DNA from: Torpedo marmorata
Lineage: Eukaryota
Assembly (NCBI GenBank): GCA_977017645.1
Contig: OZ360222.1
Coordinates: 181,164,001-181,228,000 of the forward strand
Length of the DNA: 64,000 nucleotides
Direction of reading: 5' to 3'
Each line of letters begins with the position of its first letter. Positions within the stretch are counted from its first letter, which is position 1. The translations under genes were made by a program, and so were the position numbers. Of the stretch, positions 1 through 12,125 are shown one piece after another. The notes under the pieces were generated by a model, which worked only from the letters and a program-made list of their open reading frames with translations, made no database searches and was not told the DNA's origin.

Positions 1-350
1 ATGATATCTACAATAGGCGGTGTCTTAAAAAAGCAGCCTCTATCCTCAAAGACCCCCACCACCCAGGCCATGCCCTCTTCACTCTGCTGCCATCGGGAAA
101 AAGGTACAGGAGCCTGAAGACGAGCACTCAGCAGCACAAGGACAGCTTCTTCCCCGCTGCCATCAGATTCCTGAATGAACAATGAACCATAGACACTACC
201 TTACTTCCTTACTTTGTCTTTTTCTTTGTCTTGCATTATTTTAATTTATTTGTACAGTGGTTTATATAAATGTTTGCACTGTGATGCTGCCGCAAAGCAA
301 TGTATTTCGTGACATATTCATGACAATATATTCTGATTCTGATTTTGATC
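1..350 (+). mobile_element. Rex1/Babar-type LINE 3' end
   Basis: Encodes ...[38 protein letters not shown]..., nearly identical to the C-terminus of ORF 50225-51649; ends in a (TTCTGA)n-like tail. Confidence 0.85.
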
Positions 351-1496
351 TGTAGACTTGTGTGTATGAGTTGACTTGCCTGGATAGCACACAAAGCAAA
401 GCTTTTACTGTATCTCAGTGTATGTGATAATAACAATTCAATTCATTTGCTGTTGAAACCCTCCCTGCTCCCTTTGTGACCTCTAGAATTGATTTTTCCT
501 GTGTCTACTTGGAAAGCTTTATTCAATCTATTCCCCACAAACATGAGCTCACTCAGATCTCTGTGTCCTAACTTGTATCAAGCCACCTTCACCCACCTTC
601 TTCTTCTCAGGCAGTCCTGTGGAACTGAGGATGACTTCCTTACACCACGTTCTCCTTGGCTAATGAAACCAATGTGGGAATAGTAGGGCATGGTGACTGA
701 GGGGGAGGACAGGTATGTAATCTGTGACACGGCCTGCTCTTTCCACCCCACACACAGGGCCTTTGTGTTCTCCTGAGGCATGGCTTCAAGGTTCTCACTA
801 CTCTCCTTCTTCACTTTGGGCAGGCAAGGGCAAGACATCCCTAGGGGTTAGTGGGGAGGTTGTTTTTCTTTGAGGAGAACATCCTGGAATATTTTCCTCT
901 ACCCTCCTTATATTTTCCCATGGTAGAATTTGTGATGGAGTGTTAGCTTGCGGAGTCTGGTGCCAGGCATGTAGCTGACTGTGCTCACTTATACTTCCCA
1001 TGAATTTGACGGCAGCATTGGCAGTATTCTTCCTGTGCTTTCAAGTGCCTGCTGTAGGTAGTTCGAGTTTTAGAAGCATAAAGGACAGCAGTGATCATTG
1101 CTGCTCACTAGATCACGAGCTCTTCACTCATCACTCATCACCCCGATCTCACCAAATGACATTAGCTTACCATGAAGCAGCATCTCCATCTTGGAGTTCT
1201 CATTCTTGCTGTAATGCTCCTCAGGGTCTCACCCTTTCCCATCTCTGCAATTGTATAACACTCTGAAATATCCCTACTCTTCCTGGCCACCCAGATTCAG
1301 TCTGCTGGCCATTCCTTAAACTACCAAAGACACAAACTCTGAAATTTCCTCCCCAAATCTCCCTAACACTTTTTAAAATGGCTATAATCTCCTAAAGCAA
1401 CATAGTTTTGCCTTGATAACACTCTCCTGTGATATCTTGGGACTTCTCACAACATAGAAGGGACAATGAGGTGGAATTTACTGCTGCAACAATATC

Positions 1497-2145
1497 ACTT
1501 TGTGGCTTTCTCTACATCAACTTATTTACTGCATCCGGTGCTCCCTTTGTGGCTTTCTCTACATCGGAGAGACCGGTCGTAGACTGGGAGACCGCTTTGC
1601 TGAGCACCTCCTCTCCGTCCGCAACAACAGCGACCTCCCAGTAGCCAACCATTTCAATTCCGGGTCACACTCCCACACTCACATGTCTGTCCATGGCCTT
1701 ATGTACTATCCCACCCAGACTACCCGCAAATTGGAGGAACAACATCTCATTTTCCGTCTCGGCACTCTCCAGCCAGATGGCATTAACATTGACTTTTCTG
1801 CTTTCCACTAAACCTGCTTGTCATTTCCTTCCCCTCCCCCCTCACCTGTCCTTCCTGTTTTTTTCCACCCATCCAGCCATCCCGCCTCCCCCTCTTTGCT
1901 GCTGTCCCCTCCCTCTTTTCTCCACCTATCATCTCCTGCCTTTGCCACCCCCCTTCCCCCCTCACTCTTTTGTTCGGACGCCTGCCGGCATTTTCTCATA
2001 CTTTGATGAAGGGCTCAAGCCCGAAACGTCGGTTATGTATTTCTACCTTTGCTACATAAAAGACACAGTTTGACCTGCTGAGTTTCACCAGCATTTGTGT
2101 TTTTTTCTTCAACCACGGTGTCTACAGATTTTCGTGTTTTACTTC
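1497..2145 (+). mobile_element. Penelope-like element 3' fragment (GIY-YIG endonuclease C-terminus plus tail)
   Basis: ORF 1500-1811 reads LIYCIRCSLCGFLYIGETGRRLGDRFAEHL...HFN...HTHM (GIY-YIG with CxxC insert), followed by a pyrimidine tract and a TTGATGA-hairpin-GAAA tail. Confidence 0.9.
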
Positions 2146-2539
2146 AGATTTAAAGTGTTGTCGCTGCTGCACTGGTGGACAAGCACAGCATGTTTTCACA
2201 GCAAGCTCCCATGTATAGCAATACAATAATGACTGGGATGTCTATCTTAGAGATCTTATTTGAAAGTTAAACATTGGCCAGTACGCTTGGCTGAACTCCT
2301 TTGCTCTACTTTGAGATTTTGCCACAGGTTCTTTGTGGAAATGGACAGGAACTCAGTTTAACTGTAGATTTGAAAGAGCACCCCTGGTTTCTGATCTCAA
2401 GTCTGAGGTCAGGCTTGAACCCTCAGTTTTATTGACTCATTGTAGTTTGTCATATGCTATAATGAAATGGATAATGAACACACTCAGATGGTTTGTAATT
2501 GATTGTAAAGGAACATAAGAACAGGGTAATCTTGAAAGA

Positions 2540-3157
2540 TGAAAACACACAATGCTGGAGAAACTCAGCAGGTCAAACAGTGTCCTTTATATAGCAAAGG
2601 TAAAAATACATAACCGACGTTTCGGGCTTGAGCCCTTCATCAAGGTATGGAAAAATGTCGGCAGGTGTCCGAGCAAAAGAGTAAGGGGGGGGGGAGGTGT
2701 GGTTGCAAAGGCAGGAGGTGATAGGTGGAGAAGGGAGGGAGGGGACAGCAGCGATCAAGGGGAGGAGGGATGGCTAGGTGAAGGGAGGGAGGAGAACTGG
2801 AAAGGGGGAGGGGAGGAGGGAGGGGGAAGAGGAGAGCAGGTTAGCAGAAACCAGAAAAGTCGATGTTAATGCCATCTGGCTGGAGAGTGCCCAGACAGAA
2901 AATCAGGTGTTGTTCCTCCAATTTGCAGGTGGTCTTGGTGGGATAGTACATAAGGCCATGGACAGACATGTGAGTGTGGGAATGTGACACAGAACTGAAA
3001 TGGTTGGCTACTGGGAGGTCTCTGTCACTGTTGCGGAAGGAGTGAAGGTGCTCAGCGAAGCGATATCCCAATCTGCGCCCAGTCTCTCCGATGTAGAGAA
3101 GGCCACAAAGGGAGCACCGGATGCAGTAAATCAGTCCTGCGGATACACAAGTGAAGT
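2540..3157 (-). mobile_element. Penelope-like element 3' fragment, inverted relative to 1497-2145
   Basis: ORFs 2841-3071 and 2573-2758 are near-identical in protein to the + copy. Confidence 0.9.
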
Positions 3158-3950
3158 GTTACCTCGTGTTTTACTAATCTTGAAAGATGATGGAAACGGA
3201 ATGGATATTGTTCCCTAATGTGAAGGCGGGGGGTACCAAGAAATAAAGTGTTACCCAACATTTAATGAAAACTCATTGCACTTTGATATTTTCAGTGTGG
3301 ATATTTTGCTCTATAATTGGTGAGGATGTGTTCAATTCTGTGCACAGAACCTTGGCAGAATATGCCTATGTAGCTCATTGGAAGCAGCTCCCTGTCATTA
3401 GTTCAAAGATCGTTTGGTCCAATTTTCCTGGTAATAACTTCTGGACTGATCATTATCGCATTTCTGTTGTGGCAGCTTGCTGTGCATAAATTGGCTGCCA
3501 CAGATTCCCACAGCATGCTCTTCAATGTTATTTCATAGGCTGTAAAACCCTCAGGAATAACCGGTGGTCAGGGAAGGCGTGATGTGAACACAGTCCAATC
3601 CTTCTTTCACTGGAATTTTCCTGGTAAAGACAAAACTGATCTGGAGTGTTTGCCTGGACTTCTGTGTTCTTCTTTGCAGTGGAACCTGACCTTACAACCT
3701 TCTGAGTCAGTGCTATCCTCTGGCCACATTTGACACCTTATAGCTCTCCGATCAATATATGTTGATGTATATTTTTTCCCCCTCCTCAGCATTGTTATTT
3801 TATTAACAAAACTCACATGTCAGAGGCCTTTCTTTGTGTTGGGTCAGACAGCATGTAAATCACCCAAACAAAGCAACGTGCTTGGTTCAGCTATCAGTGT
3901 GTTCAGATTATTCCACATCACTGCTTGGGAAAAAATACTTTACTGCAATA

Positions 3951-4043
3951 TGTGATGACTAGTAAGTCTGGACAGCAGACTCTGATGAGCTAACAGATCC
4001 ATTGTTTGCTTTCGTTCAAGCTCTGCATTTGCCAGGGTATAAA
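3951..4043 (+). promoter_or_regulatory. crybb1: crybb1 proximal promoter: PL1-like (TGTGATGACT, 3951-3960), PL2-like (CTGATGAGCT, 3982-3991) and TATA box (TATAAA, 4038-4043)
   Basis: Motifs and spacing to the TATA box resemble the Maf-binding PL1/PL2 elements of the chicken betaB1-crystallin promoter (recalled, not aligned). Confidence 0.75.
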
Positions 4044-4064
4044 TTAAACCCCGTGCTCATCAAG

Positions 4065-4115
4065 CATCAAGTTGGACTGGCGATTCACAGGTAGGAGGCT
4101 CAGAGAACGAAAAAG
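4065..4115 (+). other. crybb1: crybb1 non-coding exon 1 (approximate; donor at 4091 or 4116)
   Basis: Lies about 30 bp after the TATA box; candidate donors CAG|gtagga and AAG|gtgaga. BetaB-crystallin genes have a short non-coding first exon. Confidence 0.5.
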
Positions 4116-4758
4116 GTGAGAGCAAGGAAAAGGAAGGTCAGAAAGAGAAAAGGCAGAATAGAAGGAGGGACCAAGTCCAACAAGGAAAAAATAGAGAGCA
4201 CATATTGAATGAAGCTTAATTTAACATTTATGTCATTCTGAGAGATCAGAGTGAAGAAACTTCAGTATTGTGCATCAGAACTTCAATAGGTTTGAAAGGA
4301 ATTGAAGAGAAGATGGAAAAAAATAGTTGGAGTTTTAAAAAGCTCTTGTGTGCAAGGAATATAACAAGTAATTCAAGTTTAATATATTAGGGTCATATAC
4401 CTGAGGGAACAAGTTGTGAATTGTTAAGAATTACAGGATGCTGAGAACACACAGAACTCAAAAGAATGAGATTATTTTTCATTTTGCAGAGAAATGCAGA
4501 ATGGAATAAATGTTCAAATATTTTTGATTATTAATTGGACAAACAGTCTGCCGACTGGAATGGAATTTCGAATATTTGCTCATTCCAATTCAATTTAAAG
4601 GTGTTTGTATTGCAAACTGATGAGCTTGATAAATCATTATTTGGGGCACGAGAGTATTGACTTACTTTTCTTCATTCAGTTTTCAGCTGTGCTACGGTGG
4701 GGCTGGTTTATATTTCTGTCTCCTGTTCTCAGCTTCACATTGTACTTGAGGGTACAAA

Positions 4759-4875
4759 ATGTCCCAGACCTCAAAGAGCACAACCCAGGAAAAGGGCAAC
4801 CCCGGGATTGGCCAGATTTCAACACCAGGTTCCAAGAACCCAAAGGCCAGAGAACCAGGAATGGGCAAATTTAAG
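4759..4875 (+). CDS. crybb1: beta-B1-crystallin coding exon 1 (gene exon 2; N-terminal arm)
   Basis: Acceptor tcctgttctcag ends at 4732; ATG at 4759; MSQTSKSTTQEKGNPGIGQISTPGSKNPKAREPGMGKFK; donor AAG|gtgagt, phase 0. Confidence 0.85.
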
Positions 4876-5069
4876 GTGAGTATAACACAATGCTCAAGCA
4901 ACGCTGAATGAGTCAGCTCTGTTTTAATGTTATATGAATTTAGGAATGGGTGAGTGCATCAGGCTTGTCCCTCTCTTTGTTTAATTCCTTGTCATTATAT
5001 GGCTGTGCCAAATCCTAAGTTCTTAGAGGCAGGACGGAGAGAAAAAATGGGGAATAATGGATGTTATAG

Positions 5070-5450
5070 ATATGATGTGAGAGTTTATTGTCATATATAT
5101 AAAAATGTAATGTATAGATGCACCAAAATTCTTACTATAATGCATTGAGACAGAAAAGAGATAGTAAATATAAAAGAATAGATAAGTAAATATTCACAAT
5201 TGTAGTTCATGAAACAAAATTAATGTTTCAATTGTGCAGACAGATCTTTTGGTGGCTCTGGAGTAGTTTATGGTTAGGGTAGCTCAGGGAGGTTCAAGAC
5301 TTGAACCTAGAGGTGCTGGACTTCAAGCTTCTGTACCTTCTACCTGAAGGCAGCAATGAGAAGAGGTTGTGACCAGGGTGATGGGGGCCCTTTATGATGT
5401 TGGCTGCCTTCTTGAGGCAGCGTCTCACATAGATGTCTTCAATGAACAGA
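5070..5450 (-). mobile_element. Rex1/Babar LINE 3' fragment
   Basis: Reverse strand reads [47 protein letters not shown]. Confidence 0.75.
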
Positions 5451-5464
5451 AGGTGGTTAGCAAG

Positions 5465-5795
5465 AGTCATGGAATCATGCAGTATGGGAACAGGCTCATC
5501 GACCCAACAAGTTCACTCCCACCATTGAAAACCCATTTTATATGAATCCCATGTTATTCTCCCCATTCCCATCAATTCCCCGGATCCCATCACTGCCCTA
5601 CACATTTGGGGCTAATTTACAGTGGCCAATTCTCCTACTGATCCACATGTCTTCGAGATGTGCAAAGAATCTGGAGCATCAAGAGGAAACGCACACAGCC
5701 ACAGGGTGAACATGCAAACTCCTCACAGACAGCACCCAATTTCAGGATTGAACCCAGGTCACTGGAGTTGCGAGGCAGCAACTCTATCAGTTGTG
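5465..5795 (-). mobile_element. tRNA-derived V-SINE (HE1-like), degenerate
   Basis: Reverse strand has a B-box GGTTCAATCC and the V-domain GAGTTTGCATGTTCACCCTGTG. Confidence 0.65.
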
Positions 5796-5869
5796 CAATT
5801 ATGCATGAGAGGCTGGCAAAATGCTCGACTCCAAGGAGTAACAAATTAGAAAATTATATCAAGTAGGAG

Positions 5870-6180
5870 CTAAGATGAAAGAAAAACTGGTTTTGACAAA
5901 TTAAGTAGATGATGTAATGGCCATAATTGATTAAGAGGGGACCAATGGATGCACTCTATTTGGATTTTGAAAAAGGTTTTGATAAAGTACCAAAAATATA
6001 TTTGTTTGCACAGAGGATTTTAAATCTTTGGGTACTCTGCCCCAGAGAGTCTCCTGATACTCAGCTGTGGAGACTGATGGATTTTTTTGATACTGAAGTA
6101 CTTAGGAAACATGAAAAACAGGCATGAAAATAGATTAAAGACATCACATTGATCAGCTTAGCTCAATTAACATTGTGAGA
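5870..6180 (+). mobile_element. CR1 LINE fragments
   Basis: MDALYLDFEKGFDKVP is the CR1 RT motif (DVIYLDFxKAFDKVP). Confidence 0.65.
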
Positions 6181-6243
6181 ATCTTTAGCCTGAAAAGTTA
6201 ATTCATAGATCAACTCTTTTCCAAACTGTAAGATGGATTTTGC

Positions 6244-6527
6244 GAATAAAAAGACAGAAATTCAAGAGGAATTCAGCAGGTCTCGCAGCATCCACAGGAG
6301 GTAAAAATATATTACTGATGTATCGGGCCTGAGCCTTTCTTCAAGAGATGAGTAAAAAGCAGGCAGGCGCCTATATTAAAAGGCTGGCGAAAAAGGAAGA
6401 ATGGGAGGCGGAGAAGTACAGACCAACAGACAAAAGGTATTAGTTGGATATGTTAAGAGGACAGGAGAGAGGAAAGGTGAAAATTGATAGGGGGGTTGTT
6501 TTTGGCTCTGTGAAATGAGACAAAGGG

Positions 6528-6558
<31 letters not shown>

Positions 6559-6911
6559 CAAGATGAATGGAGACATCGGGAAAGATGGAGGGAGTGTGCA
6601 GGGAGGGTTAATGGAAACCAGAGAAGTCGATGTTAATGCCATCTGGTTGGAGGTTGCCCAGACAGAATATGAGGTGTTCATCATCCAATTTGCGGGTAGT
6701 CTCAGTCTGGCAGTGCATGAGACCATGGACAGACATATCGGCAAGGGAATGGGGTGGCGAACTGAAATGGGTGGCCACTGGGAGATCCACCCGAAATATC
6801 GGTTATATATCTTTACCTCCTCTGGACGCTGCGAGACCTGCTAAGTTCCTTCAGCATTTACGTGTTTTACTACAGTACAATCACAGCATCTGCAGACTTT
6901 GGTGTTTCAGT
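6244..6911 (-). mobile_element. Penelope fragment with inverted tail and 10-bp TSD
   Basis: GIY-YIG C-terminus on - (ORF 6608-6790), a + strand tail at about 6790-6910, and TGGATTTTGC duplicated at 6234-6243 and 6912-6921. Confidence 0.8.
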
Positions 6912-8668
6912 TGGATTTTGCTTTCCACTTAAATCCCTTGTGCTTGGAATTATTTTATTTTCAAGCTGTTGACTCAGCACCAATTGATGTTTGCAGAAGG
7001 GAGTTCCAAATTTCCACCAAATTTTGCATGCAGAAGAGTTTCCTAATTATCTTTAGTGAAAGGACAAGTTTGAATTTTTAGGCTATGTCTTGTGGTCCTA
7101 GATTTTCCATTCAATGGAAATAATTTTCCTTTGTCAACCCCTTAATACCTGAACGAGATAGGATCTAACTACCTACCCATGGCTTTATCATTGTTGAGCT
7201 CCCCATCATTAATATCCTGGGGGCCATCATCCACCAGAAAGTCATATGAACAGGCAACATAACTACCATGAGTATAAGAGGCTGGGTATCCTGCAACAAG
7301 TGACTCACCTTCCAAGGGTTTTCCACCACCTGCCAAATCATCTCGTAATGTTTTAAATTCCAGTGAACACAGTCCCAGCTTGTATATTCTATCCTGGTAG
7401 ATAAATATTTGCAACAATCATTAAGATACAGTACTGCTGGCCAGAATTCAAGTGTACTGATCGAGAGACAGGAGCTGAGGATTAAATAAATCTGGAATGA
7501 AATAAAAAAACCAGTCTCAGTAATGGCAAGCACAAAACTGCTGGATGGTTGTAAAAACCCAACTGAATTGCGGAGGCTCTTTGGGGAATGGAATCTACTA
7601 CTCTTACCCAGCCTGACCTATGTGTGACCCGCAGACCAACCATTTACTATCTCCTCAGTTAAGGGCAATTCTGAGTTGGACAACAGTTGCCAGGATTGCC
7701 CATGATGTCCACACCGAATAAATGAACAAAGAAGTCCAATTCATTTGAATGCTCTTTAGCATTAAGAAATAATTAACTTTATTTTCAGGCAAGATTTTAA
7801 ACACATTGTCAGCTATGGAGAAGTGCAGGTAAGCAGATATGTACCATAGAGCCCTCCTACATTTCTGGGAACTGTGGAAACTGGCAATATAACTTGATTT
7901 CCGGTTTAGAACATTAACTGAGTTACCGGGTGGGAACTTGCAGCCAAAATAATATTTAATATTATTATATTAATATATTTAATATTAAACAACATATTGA
8001 GGATTATATCCATTAAAATTTATGAGTCTATTTGAATGGGCCTGGATTCTTTGAGGTTCTGCAGATCGTCCTCAACTGTTGTGATGGAAATGTCAGAGAA
8101 TTGCTGCTCTTAGCCATTTGCATTGCATTTCAGGGTGAATGTCATTGATTTTGTTCCAGCTGAGTGAATAGTCTTTGGTAGTCATTAGAGGAGGATAGAA
8201 CTGCAAAGCATTGGACTATTTAATTTGAGGCACCAGGATTCTGCATCAAAGGCCCAGGCTTCCATATAGTCCAGTCTAAGGAAAGCCCAGACTGGTCCAT
8301 TACAAGTGTTCCCAGTCGGGTAATCTCTGCTACATTCATCCGAGGGAAATTAGTAGCTTAGTGCAAACAATCTTGCTCACAGGATTATGGTTAGGATAAG
8401 GTCTGAACAGAGGATCCAATACAGATTGGGTTGGGACCTGCACTACTCAATTGTTTAACATCTGACGTAAAGTGAATCGTATAACCTTTGTTTACAGATT
8501 GCATGTAATTGAAAGAAGGAGGTAGCTTTGTGCAATTACTTTCAGAGACATTTGACCAAGTTAGGAATATTTGTGTTGAAATAACATTGATTGTAGCAAC
8601 AAAGTTAGCCTCTGAACCACAGACGAGCGCTTTGCTTGTTCACTGATTGACTTCATCCTTTGCTGCAG

Positions 8669-8787
8669 ATCTTTGTTTATGAACAGGAGAACTTCCAAGG
8701 TCGATTCATGGAGTTCTCCAGCGAGTGCGTGAACCTATGTGATCGAAACTTTGACAGAGTGGGCAGTGTCCGCGTGGATTGTGGACC
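8669..8787 (+). CDS. crybb1: beta-B1-crystallin exon 3 (Greek key 1)
   Basis: cag|[40 protein letters not shown]|gtaagt; 119 nt. Confidence 0.95.
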
Positions 8788-9428
8788 GTAAGTTACACTT
8801 CCAAGAGTTGCTGGGCCAGTGGGCAGAGGGACTGAGACACATATGACTCCCCCTTCAATGGTGTGAAGTTATGGCCTTGAGTGGTGGTTCACCCAGCTCC
8901 CACACACAAAAGCCTTTGGTGTGCTTATTGGAATGTTTCTGCGACAGAAAGGTGTAGAGCAGCAGAGGAACAAGAGTAAAATGCAACATTGGAGAGAGAT
9001 TATGCATTAATTCAGACTGCAGACACATGGTTATTCCCCTATGTACTCATGCTATATTAAAAATGTTAAACAAGCATGGTGGAAACCTCTTTGTGTCTTG
9101 CTAAAACACTTGAGCCAACTCGCGATCTCGTGGCTACGAATTGTTGAGTCCTCTTGAGATTAGAACATTGTGACAGATTAGGAAGTGGGAGAAGTGAGAT
9201 ACTAATGGGATTATTCTTCAAAAAGAGCTGGCACAGATGAAATGGGCCAAATAACCTTCTTCTGTTCTCGTCCATTCTGTAATTGTATATAAACTTACCA
9301 ACAGAAAATAAGAAACACTTTGACTTTACAATTATCTTCAATTACTTTGATTCCAAAACAGTTGATAAAAACTTCAATTGTCACCCTTCCCCTTATTTAA
9401 GCTTGGGTTAAACTATTTCATGTTCCAG

Positions 9429-9561
9429 TTGGGTTGCTTACGAGCAGGCGAATTTCCGTGGAGAGATGTTCGTTCTGGAGAAGGGCGAGTACCCGCGCTG
9501 GGATTCCTGGTCCAACAGCTACAGGAGTGACCGTTTCATGTCCTTCCGCCCGATCCATATG
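9429..9561 (+). CDS. crybb1: beta-B1-crystallin exon 4 (Greek key 2)
   Basis: cag|[44 protein letters not shown]|gtaagt; 133 nt. Confidence 0.95.
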
Positions 9562-9879
9562 GTAAGTTGTTCACACCCAAGCACAAAGAGCAGCAATCTG
9601 TCTGAAGCCAAACACACAAGCACATCAGTGGTAAAGTGAAAGGTAGTCTCCATAAGTCTCCTCTGTCAACTCCTTGGATGTGCAGCAATATTCGTGAAGA
9701 AAGTTTCAACCCGCCTCGCGTGATCCTGGGGAGAACTCATCAAACAATAGGACTCCTTCTTGTTTGCAAACCCAAGGTTAATCTTTCTTCTCTTCTCTGT
9801 TATTGGCCAATACCTTTGTCTCTTCTTTCCCTCAAGCTTTGAATATACCCTCCTACAATGTCTTTCATGCTCCTGTAAC

Positions 9880-10470
9880 TTCACTCTGAAGACTCTTTTG
9901 GTGGTTTCACCCTCCTGAGTTTCTAAGCTCCGAGGAATACAGAGCCAAACAGTCTATCTCTTGAAAGGACACCTCTTTCGATCCAGGAATAAGCCTGAAG
10001 AATCTCCTTTGGACTACATTCTATGCTACTATATCCATTTTTAGGTAAGGGGACCAAAACTGTGCTTGGTATTCCAGGCATGGCCTCACCTGTACCCTAT
10101 ACAACTGTAAAAAACCTCCTTATTTTTAAACTCCAACCCATTTACAGCAAAGACCAAGACACTGTTGGCCTGAACTACCTATTGGATCTACCTGCTAACC
10201 TTTTGTGATTCATGCACTGGAACAGCTGAATCCCTCTGAACTTCATTTACAACCTCTCTCCATTTAGATAATAATCAACCTTTGGATTCCACTTCCCGAA
10301 GTGCGTGACCTCACATACGCCCACACTAAATTCCGTTTGCCGGGCTATCCCGCTGCAGAATCACAATGTCCTCATCATAATATGCCCTTCCACCAATTTT
10401 CGTATCATCAGCAGACTTGGAAACCTTACAGTTCGTTCCCTCCTCCGAGCCATTAATGAGGGGCTGCTCC
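9880..10470 (-). mobile_element. CR1 LINE ORF2 fragment, degenerate
   Basis: Reverse strand contains KSADDTKIG (FADDTK RT motif) and CR1-like downstream sequence. Confidence 0.65.
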
Positions 10471-10977
10471 ATTTGTTACAACAGCACCGATTTTCATGTC
10501 ATCTGTTAATTTACTTGAGAGTAGTTACAGATGGGCAATAAATGATGGAATACGCAGACCCACCCCCCCCCCAAAATGAGTGAAAGTAAGACCATTTTGA
10601 CCACGGAAGATATTTCTGAATTGCTGCCTGATCTTCCTATTTCACTCCACTATACAAAGACAGATCCTTTGGTCATGATCACATTGCTTATGACAGCCAT
10701 GGGTAAATTGATTGCCACAGCTCCCACATTTCAACAGGACTTCACCAGCTTTAAAATGCTTTAAGTCATGCTGAGTTTGTGATGGCGCTATTGGAATGCA
10801 ATCCTTTCACCGCACCACTGCTGACATCTCCCACTTGCGCTTTGACCATCCAGGTTTCATTAGCTGAGGTTAGTTGTGAAGCGCCTCATTGGAAATGTTA
10901 CACCTGTGTTAATGGAGGCAGTGGAAAGGGAAATGTTGGATTCTCTAAGAGTTTATTTTTAACTCGCTGATTCATAG

Positions 10978-11120
10978 GATAACCAGGAGCATAAAATCAG
11001 CTTGTATGAAATGGCTGAATTCCAAGGAAACAAGATGGAAATCACGGAGGATGACATTCCCAGTCTGTGGGCCTATGGATTCAGTGACCGTGTGGGCAGT
11101 GTGAGGGTCTACAGTGGCAC
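10978..11120 (+). CDS. crybb1: beta-B1-crystallin exon 5 (Greek key 3)
   Basis: tag|[48 protein letters not shown]|gtgagt; 143 nt. Confidence 0.95.
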
Positions 11121-11189
11121 GTGAGTAACTGCAGTGCAATGCCTACTGTGAACCAATGTTATGGTGAGTTAAGGTAGCTTGTACTTGTT

Positions 11190-12075
11190 ATCTGAATGGT
11201 GATAGATTGGGAAAGGAACAGCTGAAATGAATCCTGGGTACGCAGCAGATGATGAAGGAAAGCATGTAGGTGCAACAGGTGGATAAGAAGACGTATGGTA
11301 TAATGGCTTTCATCGGGAAACAGTTCAGGTATAGGAGCAGGGATGCCTTGCTGAATGGTACAAGGCCATGTAAAGCTAACACCTTGAGTGCAGATTTGTG
11401 AGGAAGGGTGTTCTTGCTACAGAGGGAATTCAGTGAAGGGTCACCAAGCAGATTCCTGACATGGTAGAGCTGATGTATGAAAAGAGATTGGTATACTTTG
11501 GCTTATATTTTACTTAAGAATGAGAGGGGAGCTCATAGAAATATACAAAATTCTAACAGGACTGGACAGATTAGATGCGGTGGAAAGTTTGACAGGTAAA
11601 GGCAAGGGGGGTGGGGCTGGGGAATGAAGTGTCTTATGAAGAAAGGTTGAGCGAACTAGGGCTTTTCTGTTTGGAGCAACAGAGGATGAGAGGAAACTTA
11701 AAGGAGATGCAGAAGATTATGAAAGGCATACATATATATGGTGGACAGCCAGCACCTTCTTACCAGGGCAGCAATGGCCAGTTCCAGAGGACATCCGTTT
11801 AAGGTGAGTGGAGGAAAGTTTAGGGGAGACGTCAGAGGTAGGTTTTTTACTGAGAGAGTGGTGGGTGCCTGGAATGCATTGCCGGGGGTGGTGGTGGAGG
11901 CTGGTACAATAGGGACAATTAAAAGACTCTTAGATAGGCACATAGATGTAAGAAAAATAGTGTTATGGGCTGTGAGGGAGGGAAGGGTTAGATTGTGGTG
12001 GAGTAGGTTTACATGGGTCGGCACAACATCGTGGGCTGAAGGGCCTGTACTGTGCTGTGATATTCCATGTAATAA
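11190..12075 (+). mobile_element. Two CR1 LINE 3' fragments in crybb1 intron 5
   Basis: SYEERLSELGLFCLEQQRMRG and RGHPFKVSGGKFRGDVRGRFFTERVVGAWNALP are CR1 ORF2 C-terminal motifs. Confidence 0.85.
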
Positions 12076-12125
12076 GTGATAAAGGGAAGAGCATCTGACC
12101 GTCTCTCTCCCTCGCATTGTTGCAG

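Noticed and set aside
578-1001. Possible cryba4 first exons on the minus strand (expected head-to-head with crybb1); TATA-like sequence near 908 and ATG at 838
   Set aside because: MSCPCLPKVKK does not convincingly match the betaA4 N-terminus and no clear donor follows. cryba4 coding exons may lie left of the window.
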